Assembly: GCA_000092065.1 (NCBI GenBank)
Contig: CP000581.1
From: Ostreococcus lucimarinus
Taxonomy: Eukaryota
Strand: one strand, 5' to 3'
Length of the DNA stretch: 64,000 nucleotides
The notes beneath the pieces are model-generated. The model saw only the letters and a list, made by a program, of their open reading frames with translations, was not told where the DNA came from and did not search any database. Numbering within the stretch: position 1 is the first letter of the stretch; each line of letters begins with the position of its first letter. A program made the translations under genes and the position numbers. Positions 19,690-28,464 of this stretch are shown piece after piece.

Positions 19690-21483
19690 CTAATCAGAAA
19701 TTTCACCCGCTGCGACGAGAAATGCGTGCTGTGCCGTCGATTCCTGCGTTTGTCGCCGCGCTTGACCTGGCGGCGGCGGTCCCTGTGGAAGCGGCGGCGG
19801 CGGTGCCTCCCAATCCATGCACGTGTTCTTCTCTGGCGGATGGCTCGAAGGCGGCGGTGACGGAACTTCTTCGCGTACGCTTGAGCGTAGTAACGACAGG
19901 TCTATGTCGCCGACGTCGATACCACCGTATTGATTTCCGAGCATCGCGGCGATGTCGTCAAATTCGTCTGCGTTGACGCCGTCTGCCTGTACTTTGATCG
20001 CCGGCTCTGGTTGCCGCTGTAGGCGCCTGTCAAACTCCTTCGCTTGTTGCTTCACTTTTTCGTGTCTAAATTTCGAGATCGCCTGCTTCCCGATCAGGAT
20101 CTCAGTCTCTGAAAGCACTTCTCGACCTTCCCAGATGGATAAGACTTTTTGAACCGCTCGACGTCTGTGTCTCGCGTGCGCCTCGCCGATGGTGGCGCCG
20201 TCTTGTACTTCGACGCCCTTCATCTCTGTCGCTTCATCAATCCTTACGATGGCGATCATGTGCTTCACAATGTCGGTCAGATGCTTGCGTAGCGCCTTTT
20301 TGTACATTGCGTGCGTGGCTTCGGATCCTCCGCGCGCGTCAACACGACTGGCTTGAACGATGGAGTCGAGCAGATAAAACAGAGTCAACCGTGTAGAAGC
20401 GGACGTCGCGAGGTCGGCGATTCGTTCTCTGAGCGTCGAAACCAAGACTTCAGGAACGGCTTCGTACTTTGAAATGCTAAGAGCCTCCTGAGTGTACTCA
20501 TACATCACTTGTCGACTCATCCTGAGATCAGGAAGCTTCGAAATGAATGCGTCGACGGCGGAACGCGCCGCCGAACTCAAACTCGAACTCGCCTCCTCGG
20601 GTTCGCCCCTCGTGTCCTCTCTCATCGATTGCGTTCGTATGTCGTTGACGATACTCATGACATCTAACGATGGTCGTTTGGCCGCCGCCACTGGCGTCTT
20701 TGGCCGATCCGCGAGCGTTTTCTTGCGCTCCTCGTGCTGTTTAATTCTCTCAGCCACGAGCGCCTCCGCCTTCTCGACGTTCTTCTCGGCTCCCCAAATC
20801 TCGACCACCGCATTTTTTGTCGGATGACACCGCAGCGACGCGCCAGATTTCCACTGTAACACCGGTATGTTATCCGAATTCTTCCCCATGACGTACACGA
20901 GCGCTTGAGCGTTTCCGCAATCCACCTCGATCCAGATCCCCGGCTCCGGCGTCGGCGATTTCGGCGTCTTCGCGCGTTCGTGTTCCACGCTCGACACCAG
21001 CCCTCCTCGCGCACCCGTACCAATCGTCCCCACGGCCTTCGTCGTTCTCCAATCTTCATCCTCTGCCTCCTCTCCTTCCTTCCGCACCTCTTCGTACTCG
21101 TCCGAGTCCTCGTCCGACCACGCGCGCTTCGCCTTTTTCGCCTTTCTCCCCGCGTCGCCCTTCGCCTTCCCCGCCTTCTCTCCTCCTCGCGATCGCCGCG
21201 CGACCTTGATCCCGCGCGACGCCGCGTATTTCGCGTACCCCGCGCGCTCGCTCATCGGCGGGCAGCTCGCGCGATTCGTGTGCGGCGTCGCGCGACACTT
21301 TTGGCATCCGCCGAGCGACCAGCGGCACTTCGGACACCCGAGGACGTCGAACGACGCGGGATGCGACGGCGCGGCGGCGGCATCGCCGCGGACATCGCCG
21401 TCGTCGACGCGCGCGTCCGTCGCGGGCGGCTCAGACATCGCGCGCGGTCGCGCGCGGCGGTGTGCGGGACGACGCGATCGCAA
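19690..21483 (-). CDS. CID/RPR-domain protein (Rtt103/RPRD/SCAF-like RNA Pol II CTD-interacting)
   Basis: 'KLPDLRMSRQVMYEYTQEAL...RLTLFYLLDSIVQASR' resembles the CID domain core. N-terminal Cys-rich segment and acidic/Lys-rich linker. Pro-rich C-terminus. Confidence 0.45.
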   Translation of the reverse strand: MRSRRPAHRRARPRAMSEPPATDARVDDGDVRGDAAAAPSHPASFDVLGCPKCRWSLGGCQKCRATPHTNRASCPPMSERAGYAKYAASRGIKVARRSRGGEKAGKAKGDAGRKAKKAKRAWSDEDSDEYEEVRKEGEEAEDEDWRTTKAVGTIGTGARGGLVSSVEHERAKTPKSPTPEPGIWIEVDCGNAQALVYVMGKNSDNIPVLQWKSGASLRCHPTKNAVVEIWGAEKNVEKAEALVAERIKQHEERKKTLADRPKTPVAAAKRPSLDVMSIVNDIRTQSMREDTRGEPEEASSSLSSAARSAVDAFISKLPDLRMSRQVMYEYTQEALSISKYEAVPEVLVSTLRERIADLATSASTRLTLFYLLDSIVQASRVDARGGSEATHAMYKKALRKHLTDIVKHMIAIVRIDEATEMKGVEVQDGATIGEAHARHRRRAVQKVLSIWEGREVLSETEILIGKQAISKFRHEKVKQQAKEFDRRLQRQPEPAIKVQADGVNADEFDDIAAMLGNQYGGIDVGDIDLSLLRSSVREEVPSPPPSSHPPEKNTCMDWEAPPPPLPQGPPPPGQARRQTQESTAQHAFLVAAGEISD

Positions 21484-21524
21484 TCCGGTTGGCCGATGAC
21501 TTTCGCGGTTTGATTGTGTTTGAC

Positions 21525-21566
21525 TACGAGCTACGGGCTACGAGCTACGAGCTACGAGCTACGAGC
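21525..21566. repeat. Heptanucleotide microsatellite (gctacga)x6
   Basis: 'gctacgggctacgagctacgagctacgagctacgagctacgagct' lies immediately 3' of the JmjC gene stop. Confidence 0.9.
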
Positions 21567-23494
21567 TAAAACCAGAAATTGACGCTCACGGACGAGGTCA
21601 AGGAACGGACGTAGTGCCAGTGACCTTTGGGCATGAACAGGACGTCGCCGGGCGCGAGGATGGTTTCCAGAAACTTTGCGGCGAGCGCGCGGGGATGCTC
21701 GCGAGAGACGGTCGGGCTCTCGGGATCGACGGGCGACCGGGTGAAATTATTCACGTTTGAGCCGCGCAGGGTGTCGGTGTCGGCGACGTAAAGGTGTGGA
21801 GTCTCACTCACGGCGTAGATGCGGACGTATTTGTACCCGGATACTTGGCAGAGGAGGTTGAGGTACGGGTCGCGATGAATCGCGGTTCTCGTGCCGGCCG
21901 TGCCCAGCCACAGGTTGACCGCGGATGTCTCCACGCGAAGCCTGCCTAAGGTGTACGGAATCACCGTGAACGTGCTCTGAAGTTCGGGTATTTGGTGGAA
22001 TATCGGGTGCTGCGAGACGTACGCCACCTTGTCGCTCGTCGGCGCGCCGTCGTGCGCCGCGTTGGAAGGCGCGAGAAAATCGCGCGCAAACGATCCGAGC
22101 GTGGTGATCCCGACGCCGTGGCTATCGAACGCCGTACCGTATTCCACGGGAACGATTGTGTCCGCATACTTTTCGAACGCGTCGAGATTTTTAAAAACGT
22201 CCAACGCGGCCCAGTTCTCGCCGTCCTCGTCGAGATGGCCTCGAATCACGACCGGAGTCTCCGAGGCGACGAAGTCTGCGTAAAATCGCGGCGCCGTTAA
22301 CGAGCGCGCGTCCTCGAAATGAATCTGTCGGCTCGGTTCGATCGTCGGAACCCCACTCATCGGTAGCGTCGTCGGAATCGCGCTGTTCAAAGGAAACGCC
22401 CGGCGTCCCTCGGCGTCGTCGGGCTGAAACGCGCGTTCGACGAGTAAAATGGCGCTCGCGCACCACGTCGGAACGCACCCTCGCTCGAATAACGTCGTCG
22501 CGGTGAGTAAATCCAACCCAATCCTCCCCAGCCGCTCTCTCGCGCTCCATTCCGCCCCCCGACACGCCGCGCTCGCCGTGGGATCGTCCTCGAGCGCGCC
22601 TTCGTCGACGTCTTCCCCCGCGTCGCTCGCCGTCGCCGCGACGCCCGCGACGACGAGCCATCCGTGCGCCAGCGTGTGCGCCTCCAAGAACCCACTCACC
22701 GGCCAATTCCCTCGTCCCAACTGTTCGCCGCACGCCTCGATCGTCCGTTTCGCCCATCGCGCGCACGCGTCCCACGTCTCCGCTCGCGCGTTCGCCGCGC
22801 ACCTCGCGAGCGCGTCCCTCGCGCGTCGTCCGCTCGGCGCGAACTCCTCCAGCTCCGCCGCCGTCGACGCCCACCCCGCGTCGTGCGCGCGCGCGATTTC
22901 CTCCGCCACCGCTCGCGCGTCGCGCGTCGCGCCGTCCCTCGCGCGCGCGCCGCTCCACAGCTCGCGCGCGTTTTCGAAGAACGCGTGCGTCGCCGCCGCG
23001 CGCGCGTCCCTCGCGTCGTCGCGCGCGCGCGCCGTCGTCGCGCGCGCGCCGTCGTCGCGCCCGAACGCGTCCCACGCGTCGGCGGTCGCCATGCGCGCGC
23101 CGCTGTCGCGACGTCGCGTCTTCGCGGCGGCGCGGCGCCGATCGACACAGAACGACGCTCGGATGCCGGCCGAGGAAGACGCCGTCGAGCTCGGCTCGTG
23201 CTTCGAGCGGTTCACGAGCGCGGTGTGCGCGTCGTCGGCGTTCGGCGCGGTCGTCGGGTGCGCGCGCGCGGCGTGGGGGGCGGACGCGCCCGCGGTGTTC
23301 CGATCGCGCTCGTTTCCCGCGGTCGCGAAGACCGCGGGCGCGCTCGCGAGCGGCGCGGCGCTGTTCGGCGCCATCGGAGGCGCGTACGCGAGCGTGACGT
23401 GCGCGGCGGAGAGCGCGCGGAACGCGAGGGACGCGTACAACGGCGCGCTGGGGGGGCTGGCGAGCGGCGCGGTGGTGGGGTTGCGCAACGGCAA
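21566..23494 (-). CDS. JmjC-domain protein, JMJD5/KDM8-like (paralogue 1)
   Basis: C-terminal cupin 'WLGTAGTRTAIHRDPYLNLLCQVSGYKYVRIY...GDVLFMPKGHWHYVRSLTSSVSVNFWF' (HxD...H Fe(II) triad). Ala/Arg-rich helical N-domain. Confidence 0.7.
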   Translation of the reverse strand: MPLRNPTTAPLASPPSAPLYASLAFRALSAAHVTLAYAPPMAPNSAAPLASAPAVFATAGNERDRNTAGASAPHAARAHPTTAPNADDAHTALVNRSKHEPSSTASSSAGIRASFCVDRRRAAAKTRRRDSGARMATADAWDAFGRDDGARATTARARDDARDARAAATHAFFENARELWSGARARDGATRDARAVAEEIARAHDAGWASTAAELEEFAPSGRRARDALARCAANARAETWDACARWAKRTIEACGEQLGRGNWPVSGFLEAHTLAHGWLVVAGVAATASDAGEDVDEGALEDDPTASAACRGAEWSARERLGRIGLDLLTATTLFERGCVPTWCASAILLVERAFQPDDAEGRRAFPLNSAIPTTLPMSGVPTIEPSRQIHFEDARSLTAPRFYADFVASETPVVIRGHLDEDGENWAALDVFKNLDAFEKYADTIVPVEYGTAFDSHGVGITTLGSFARDFLAPSNAAHDGAPTSDKVAYVSQHPIFHQIPELQSTFTVIPYTLGRLRVETSAVNLWLGTAGTRTAIHRDPYLNLLCQVSGYKYVRIYAVSETPHLYVADTDTLRGSNVNNFTRSPVDPESPTVSREHPRALAAKFLETILAPGDVLFMPKGHWHYVRSLTSSVSVNFWF

Positions 23495-23674
23495 GGTCGG
23501 ACACGCGGCGAGCGCGGGGGCGGCGTTCGCGCTCGCGAGCGCGGCGGTGGACGCGTCGGGACGGAAGATCGCGCGAGGCGACGCGTGGGAAGACAGGGCG
23601 ACGCCGGAGCGGATCGCGTATCCGTATCGCGAAAGACGCTAGGGCGAACGCGAGGCGATCGAGTCGAGCGGGAC

Positions 23675-23676
<2 letters not shown>

Positions 23677-23706
<30 letters not shown>
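23677..23706. repeat. (GAC)10 trinucleotide microsatellite in the JmjC/EXO1 divergent promoter
   Basis: Perfect gacgacgac... run. Confidence 0.85.
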
Positions 23707-23711
<5 letters not shown>

Positions 23712-23955
23712 AGGCGCGCGCGCGTCGGAGACGCACCGCGAGGACGGACGAGTCGATGCCGCGATCGTCATCGCGATCGACGCCGCGCGCGTATTGTAAC
23801 ATCATTCGAGGACGTGAAGTCGAACATCTTCGTCGCGCGCTTCGATTTCGCGGCGTCGAATTGAGATTCAAACCACCCGCGACAGCTCCTCCATAAATCG
23901 CCGCTCGACGTCCGCGCGCGCCTCGCACTCGCGCGCGGACGTCGACGCGATCGGC

Positions 23956-25779
23956 ATGGGCATCGCGTCCCTCCTTCCGACGCTGAAATCCATCTCAAGA
24001 CACGCGCACGTCGGCGAAACGTACGCGGGACAAGTCGTTTGCGTCGACGCCTACGTCTGGCTTCATCGCGGTGCCTACGCGTGCTCGCGCGAGCTGTGCG
24101 AGGGATTGCCGACGCGCAAGCACGTGGAATACTTTTTAAATCGCGCGCGAACGCTGAAACGGGCGAACGTGCGGGCGATATACGTGTTCGACGGTGGACG
24201 ATTGCCGGGGAAGGCGAACGAGGAGGCGCAGCGGAGACGAAATCGAAGCGAAGCGCTGGCCAAGGCGAAAGCGCACGCGAGGCAGGGGAACGCGAGCGCG
24301 GCGAATGATTTTTATGTGCGAGCGGTGGATATCACGCCGGAGATGGCGCGGGAGGTGATCGAGGCGCTGGCGAGGGAAGGATTCGAGAGCTTGACGGCGC
24401 CGTACGAGGCGGATGCGCAGATGGCGTACTTGGTGAAGAATGGCTTCGTGGCGGGAGTGATCACGGAGGATAGCGATTTGATCGCGCATGGGTGTCGGAG
24501 CGTGTTCACAAAGATGGCAGGTGATGGTTCTGGCATAGAAATCCGCTTCGAGGAGTTGGGGAGGAATCGCGGGTTGAGTTTCGTCGGGTTCACGCCCGAT
24601 ATGTTTTTGGAAATGTGCGTACTCAGCGGGTGTGATTATTTACCGTCTTTGAACGGCGTGGGGGTGAAGAAGGCGCACAGCCTGATTCGAAGATTCAAAA
24701 CTTACAATAAGGTCTTGCGTCACATGAAGTTTGAGGGGATAGCGGTGCCGAAGGATTACGAGTCGCGTTTCGTCGACGCGTTGCTCACGTTCAAATATTC
24801 GTGGGTGTATTGCCCGCAAAGGCGAGAGATCGTGAACTTGAACGATCCAGTGGGGGTGTTGGATCAGAGTTTGATTGACGACTTACCGAGACTCATAGGT
24901 GCGTATCATCCGCCCGAGGTAGCGAGAGCGTTGGCGAACAACGAGGTGCATCCAATGACGCTCGAGGCTTTCGGCGGAGTGCGAGCGCCTCATCGTCGAC
25001 AGCACATAGCCGCGTTGGCGCCATCGACGAGCGCGCCGATCCTAAGGCCTGAAGACGCATGTGACGACGACGCGCTCGGCGCGCTGCCGGAAAGACCTTT
25101 GACATCGACGAAGCAAAACGCTTTCACGAGTTTTTTGCGCGAAAAGCCCGAGGACGACGTGCAGACGTATCGAGCTGCGCTCGTGCGCGCAAGTGCACCG
25201 ATGCAAATCGTGCAGCCACCTCGCGTCGGAAAGTCGTTTTACGCCGCGATCCAGGGTCACGAGATTAAAACGCCGCTGGATAAGCGGCTGCGTAGACAGA
25301 GTACGGATCGCCCGATCGTGGCCCGCGAAGAGGCGCTGAGAGTGCCGGACTCGGTGGAGAAGATCACGCCCAAGCATAACTCGCGATTGCCGAAGGATAT
25401 TTCAAACATTACGGGACGCGTGATTTACGAAACACCGATCGTGCAGACGTCAGTGAAGAAGAGTCCATACTTTGCGAACGTGAAGACGCCGCCGAAATCA
25501 ACCGGACCATCCGAGTTGTACGCAAAGATCGCGAAAGATTCGATCGATCGAGTCAAACAGAGCGTACATGTCGAACTCGGCGTCGCGGAACCTTCGACAC
25601 ATGCCACCAAGCGCCAAGAACGAACGCCGACGAGAACGACACCCGCGAGAGCGGCGAAGAAGTCTCGCGCCGCCGGGACGTCGTCGAGCAGACGACGCGG
25701 CGACGGACAAAAGCGAAAAACCGGTAACGACAAGTTTTGGCAAATGTCGCTCTTCGAGTCGTTCGCGTTCGAAAAATAA
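23956..25779 (+). CDS. EXO1: Exonuclease 1 (XPG/Rad2-family 5'-3' exonuclease)
   Basis: 'MGIASLLPTLKSI' XPG-N, 'YVFDGGRLPGKANE', XPG-I 'APYEADAQMAYL...ITEDSDLIAHG', H3TH 'VLSGCDYLPSLNGVGVKKA'. Confidence 0.8.
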   Translation: MGIASLLPTLKSISRHAHVGETYAGQVVCVDAYVWLHRGAYACSRELCEGLPTRKHVEYFLNRARTLKRANVRAIYVFDGGRLPGKANEEAQRRRNRSEALAKAKAHARQGNASAANDFYVRAVDITPEMAREVIEALAREGFESLTAPYEADAQMAYLVKNGFVAGVITEDSDLIAHGCRSVFTKMAGDGSGIEIRFEELGRNRGLSFVGFTPDMFLEMCVLSGCDYLPSLNGVGVKKAHSLIRRFKTYNKVLRHMKFEGIAVPKDYESRFVDALLTFKYSWVYCPQRREIVNLNDPVGVLDQSLIDDLPRLIGAYHPPEVARALANNEVHPMTLEAFGGVRAPHRRQHIAALAPSTSAPILRPEDACDDDALGALPERPLTSTKQNAFTSFLREKPEDDVQTYRAALVRASAPMQIVQPPRVGKSFYAAIQGHEIKTPLDKRLRRQSTDRPIVAREEALRVPDSVEKITPKHNSRLPKDISNITGRVIYETPIVQTSVKKSPYFANVKTPPKSTGPSELYAKIAKDSIDRVKQSVHVELGVAEPSTHATKRQERTPTRTTPARAAKKSRAAGTSSSRRRGDGQKRKTGNDKFWQMSLFESFAFEK

Positions 25780-25866
25780 TATCGCACGATCGCGTCTAGT
25801 CCATTATTATCTTAGTCTACCATCGTTACATTGGAATTCGTCCGCCTCTTCGCGCGCCGCGAGTCG

Positions 25867-26490
25867 TCACCGCCTCGCGAACGCGTTCGGGATTCGCCCC
25901 GTGCGCACATCTCGCAGCATTTCCCCCGACCGCGCGTGCTTCTCCATCAATCTCGCGCGCACAAACTCGCTCGCCGTCTTCGGCACCGCCCCCCCCCCGT
26001 CGTCGTCCTCCGCGTCCAGCGCCACGACCTCGAAACCGTCCCGCTCGTACGCCCGTCGTTTCGCCTTCTTCCCCTTCTTCTTCTTCTTCTCCCGCTTCCG
26101 CTCCCCCATGTGCGCCTCGTACGCGTCCAACTCATCGTCATCGCGCCTCGCCCGCTTCTTCTCCCCGAACACCGCGTCGACGACGCTCTCCGGCAGCGCC
26201 TCGAGTTCGTCATCCGCCGCCGCCGCCGCCATCGCCGCCTCCGTCCGTTTCGTCCGCGCCTCCGCCTTCGCTTTCGCGCGCGCGTCCTCCGCGTCTCGTC
26301 GCGCGACTTTCGCCGCGTTCTCGCTCGCCTTCGCGCGCGCCCGCGCCGCGCGCTCGTCGTCGCGCCGCCTCGCGACGTCGGCGCGCGCGCCGCGTCCCGA
26401 CACTTCCTCGGGCGCGTCGTCGTCGCTCGCGCCCGCGTCGCGCGCGCCGCGCGTCGTCGTCGCGCGCGCCGATCGACGCGTCGCCGGCAT
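25867..26490 (-). CDS. Hypothetical highly charged (Arg/Asp/Lys-rich) protein, nucleolar-type
   Basis: ORF with coherent codon usage on the strand opposite a spurious overlapping ORF. KKKKKGKKAKRR basic patch. Confidence 0.35.
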   Translation of the reverse strand: MPATRRSARATTTRGARDAGASDDDAPEEVSGRGARADVARRRDDERAARARAKASENAAKVARRDAEDARAKAKAEARTKRTEAAMAAAAADDELEALPESVVDAVFGEKKRARRDDDELDAYEAHMGERKREKKKKKGKKAKRRAYERDGFEVVALDAEDDDGGGAVPKTASEFVRARLMEKHARSGEMLRDVRTGRIPNAFARR

Positions 26491-26582
26491 CGCCGCGCGT
26501 CGATCGCGAGCGCGCTCGCGCGCGTCGTCGTGTGGCCGTCGCGCGCGCGCGGTCGCGTCGATTCGTCACTCGGCCGCGCGCC

Positions 26583-27311
26583 ATGACGCGCGCGCGCGCG
26601 ACGAGCGAGATCACGTGCGGCGACGCGCGACGAGGGTGCGGCGCGCTGCTCAGCTACCCCACCGGATCGCCGCTCGTGCGGTGCGCGCTGTGCGATCACG
26701 TGACGCGAACGCCGGCGGCGACGGATCCGACGCGGCGACGCGCGGTGGCATTCGATTTCGATTTCGACGACGCGGGCGCGCGCGACCGCGAGGCGCAGGC
26801 GCGGTGCGTGGGATGCGACGTCGTCATGCGATTTCCCGCGGACGCGACGCACGTGCGGTGCGCGATGTGCGACGCGGTGAACGTGAACGCGCGAACGGGG
26901 ACGAGGGCGCCGCGCGCGAGCGGGACGCGAGCGTCGTCGGCGCTCGCCGCGCGCGACGCGGCGCGGGAGCGCGCGACGCGGAACGCCGACGACGCTTGGG
27001 CGCGAGGGACGGCGTACGTGCGGTGCGAGGGGTGTCGGGTGACGCTGGCGTATCCGGGAGGGTCGGCGTCGGTGCGGTGCTCGGCGTGCGGCGCGGTGAC
27101 GCGGTGCGCGGAACGCGCGACGCCAAGCACGACGGGGGAGGGGAGTTCGGTGAAGAGCGCGCGGGGAGGAGACCACGCGACGTTGACGAGCGACAATTTA
27201 GTCGTCGTGGAGAATCCGCCGACGGTGAGTGAGAGTGGGAAAATCGTGTCGAACATCGCCGTCGGCGTGCGGTTGGGGAGCGACGGCGGGGAATCGCGGC
27301 GCGGCGAGTAG
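26583..27311 (+). CDS. LSD1-type zinc-finger protein (three zf-LSD1 repeats)
   Basis: Three CxxCxxxLxYPxGxxxVRCxxC repeats: 'CGDARRGCGALLSYPTGSPLVRCALC', 'CVGCDVVMRFPADATHVRCAMC', 'CEGCRVTLAYPGGSASVRCSAC'. Confidence 0.75.
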   Translation: MTRARATSEITCGDARRGCGALLSYPTGSPLVRCALCDHVTRTPAATDPTRRRAVAFDFDFDDAGARDREAQARCVGCDVVMRFPADATHVRCAMCDAVNVNARTGTRAPRASGTRASSALAARDAARERATRNADDAWARGTAYVRCEGCRVTLAYPGGSASVRCSACGAVTRCAERATPSTTGEGSSVKSARGGDHATLTSDNLVVVENPPTVSESGKIVSNIAVGVRLGSDGGESRRGE

Positions 27312-27435
27312 GACGTAGTCATTTCGCGGTCGAGCCGAGAAACGCCGCGATCGAGATGAATGTGTTTTGTAGCACTATTTTACAAGCAAGCGTGTATCGA
27401 TACAACCCCGATCCGAGAATCCGAGGTCTCCCGTC

Positions 27436-28116
27436 CTAAATCTTCTCGATCGCCCTAATCTTAAAGCCCAACGCTATCCACTCCATCTCCAAGTCCCGAA
27501 CCGTGCTCGGCATGTCCGCGTACTCCGGTTCGCGCGCGAACCGAATCAAAAAGTTCGTCCGCCACTCCGACAGGCGTCTCGCCAGCGTCACGTGCCGCAG
27601 CACGTGTTCTCCCAGAAAATTTTCGTACGACTCCCCGCCCGGCTCGAAATCGCTCGTCGCCATGTTCGCCTCCTTCAACCGTTTCGACACCGCCTTCATC
27701 GCCCGCACCTTTTCCTCGAACGCCTCATCTCGCGTCGACTCACCCGGCTGTCGATGCAGCGCCAACCACGCGCCTCGATACTCGTACTCGTCCGCCGTCT
27801 CCGCGTACCGCCACGTCTCCCCTCCCTCGCTCGTCGCCGTCTCCCCGCCCCTCGCCGCGCGCTCGCCCCAGTCCGCCTCGTTCCTCTCGCGCTTCATCCG
27901 CTCCGCCCGTTCGACCGCGTTCGCCGTCCAATCGAACCCGTTTCGCTCGCGAAACGTCGTTCGACGTCGTCCGTCCCGGACGCGCGTCGCGCGTCGTCGC
28001 CGTCCGTCGTCGTCGTCGTCGCGCGCCGTCGCGCGCCGAGCGACGCGCGATCGCGACGCGCTCGAGCGCGTCGCGCGCGCGCGCGCCGTCGCGACGCGCG
28101 CGCCGAGCGACGCCAT
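27436..28116 (-). CDS. Hypothetical protein with Arg-rich presequence
   Basis: ORF only. The C-terminal ~120 aa is non-low-complexity. Confidence 0.35.
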   Translation of the reverse strand: MASLGARVATARARATRSSASRSRVARRATARDDDDDGRRRRATRVRDGRRRTTFRERNGFDWTANAVERAERMKRERNEADWGERAARGGETATSEGGETWRYAETADEYEYRGAWLALHRQPGESTRDEAFEEKVRAMKAVSKRLKEANMATSDFEPGGESYENFLGEHVLRHVTLARRLSEWRTNFLIRFAREPEYADMPSTVRDLEMEWIALGFKIRAIEKI

Positions 28117-28464
28117 GTGACGACCGCGCGACGTCCGACGACGCCGCGATGGCGCCGCGCGCGGGTGTGGCGTCGACGACGCCGCGCGACCCGCGACGCG
28201 CGCGACACAGCGCGACGCCGCGACGACGCGCGAGCGCGCGCGAGACGCGAGACGAACGCGCGAGCGCGCGACGCGTCGAACCGACGACGCGCGAAAGCGA
28301 CGAAAGGCGGCGGGAACGCGTCGAACGGGACCCGTCGCGCGCGGTGATTTTTGAAATTTTGAATTCGCGGCTGTCGAGCGCGTCGATCGCGAGGACGACG
28401 ACGGGAGACGCGGAGAAGACGACGCGGAAGCGACGAACGCGGATAGGCGGGAAGGACGGACGCG

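Noticed and set aside
22191-23771. 526-aa and 397/410-aa ORFs overlapping the JmjC gene (22449..23642, 22664..23896)
   Set aside because: Arg/Ala homopolymer-like translations with no domain. The JmjC frame carries the conserved motifs.
25947-27176. 409-aa Arg-rich ORF antisense to the LSD1 gene. Also 25568..27232 and 25831..26586.
   Set aside because: GC-driven spurious frames. The LSD1 zinc fingers and the charged-protein gene explain the region.
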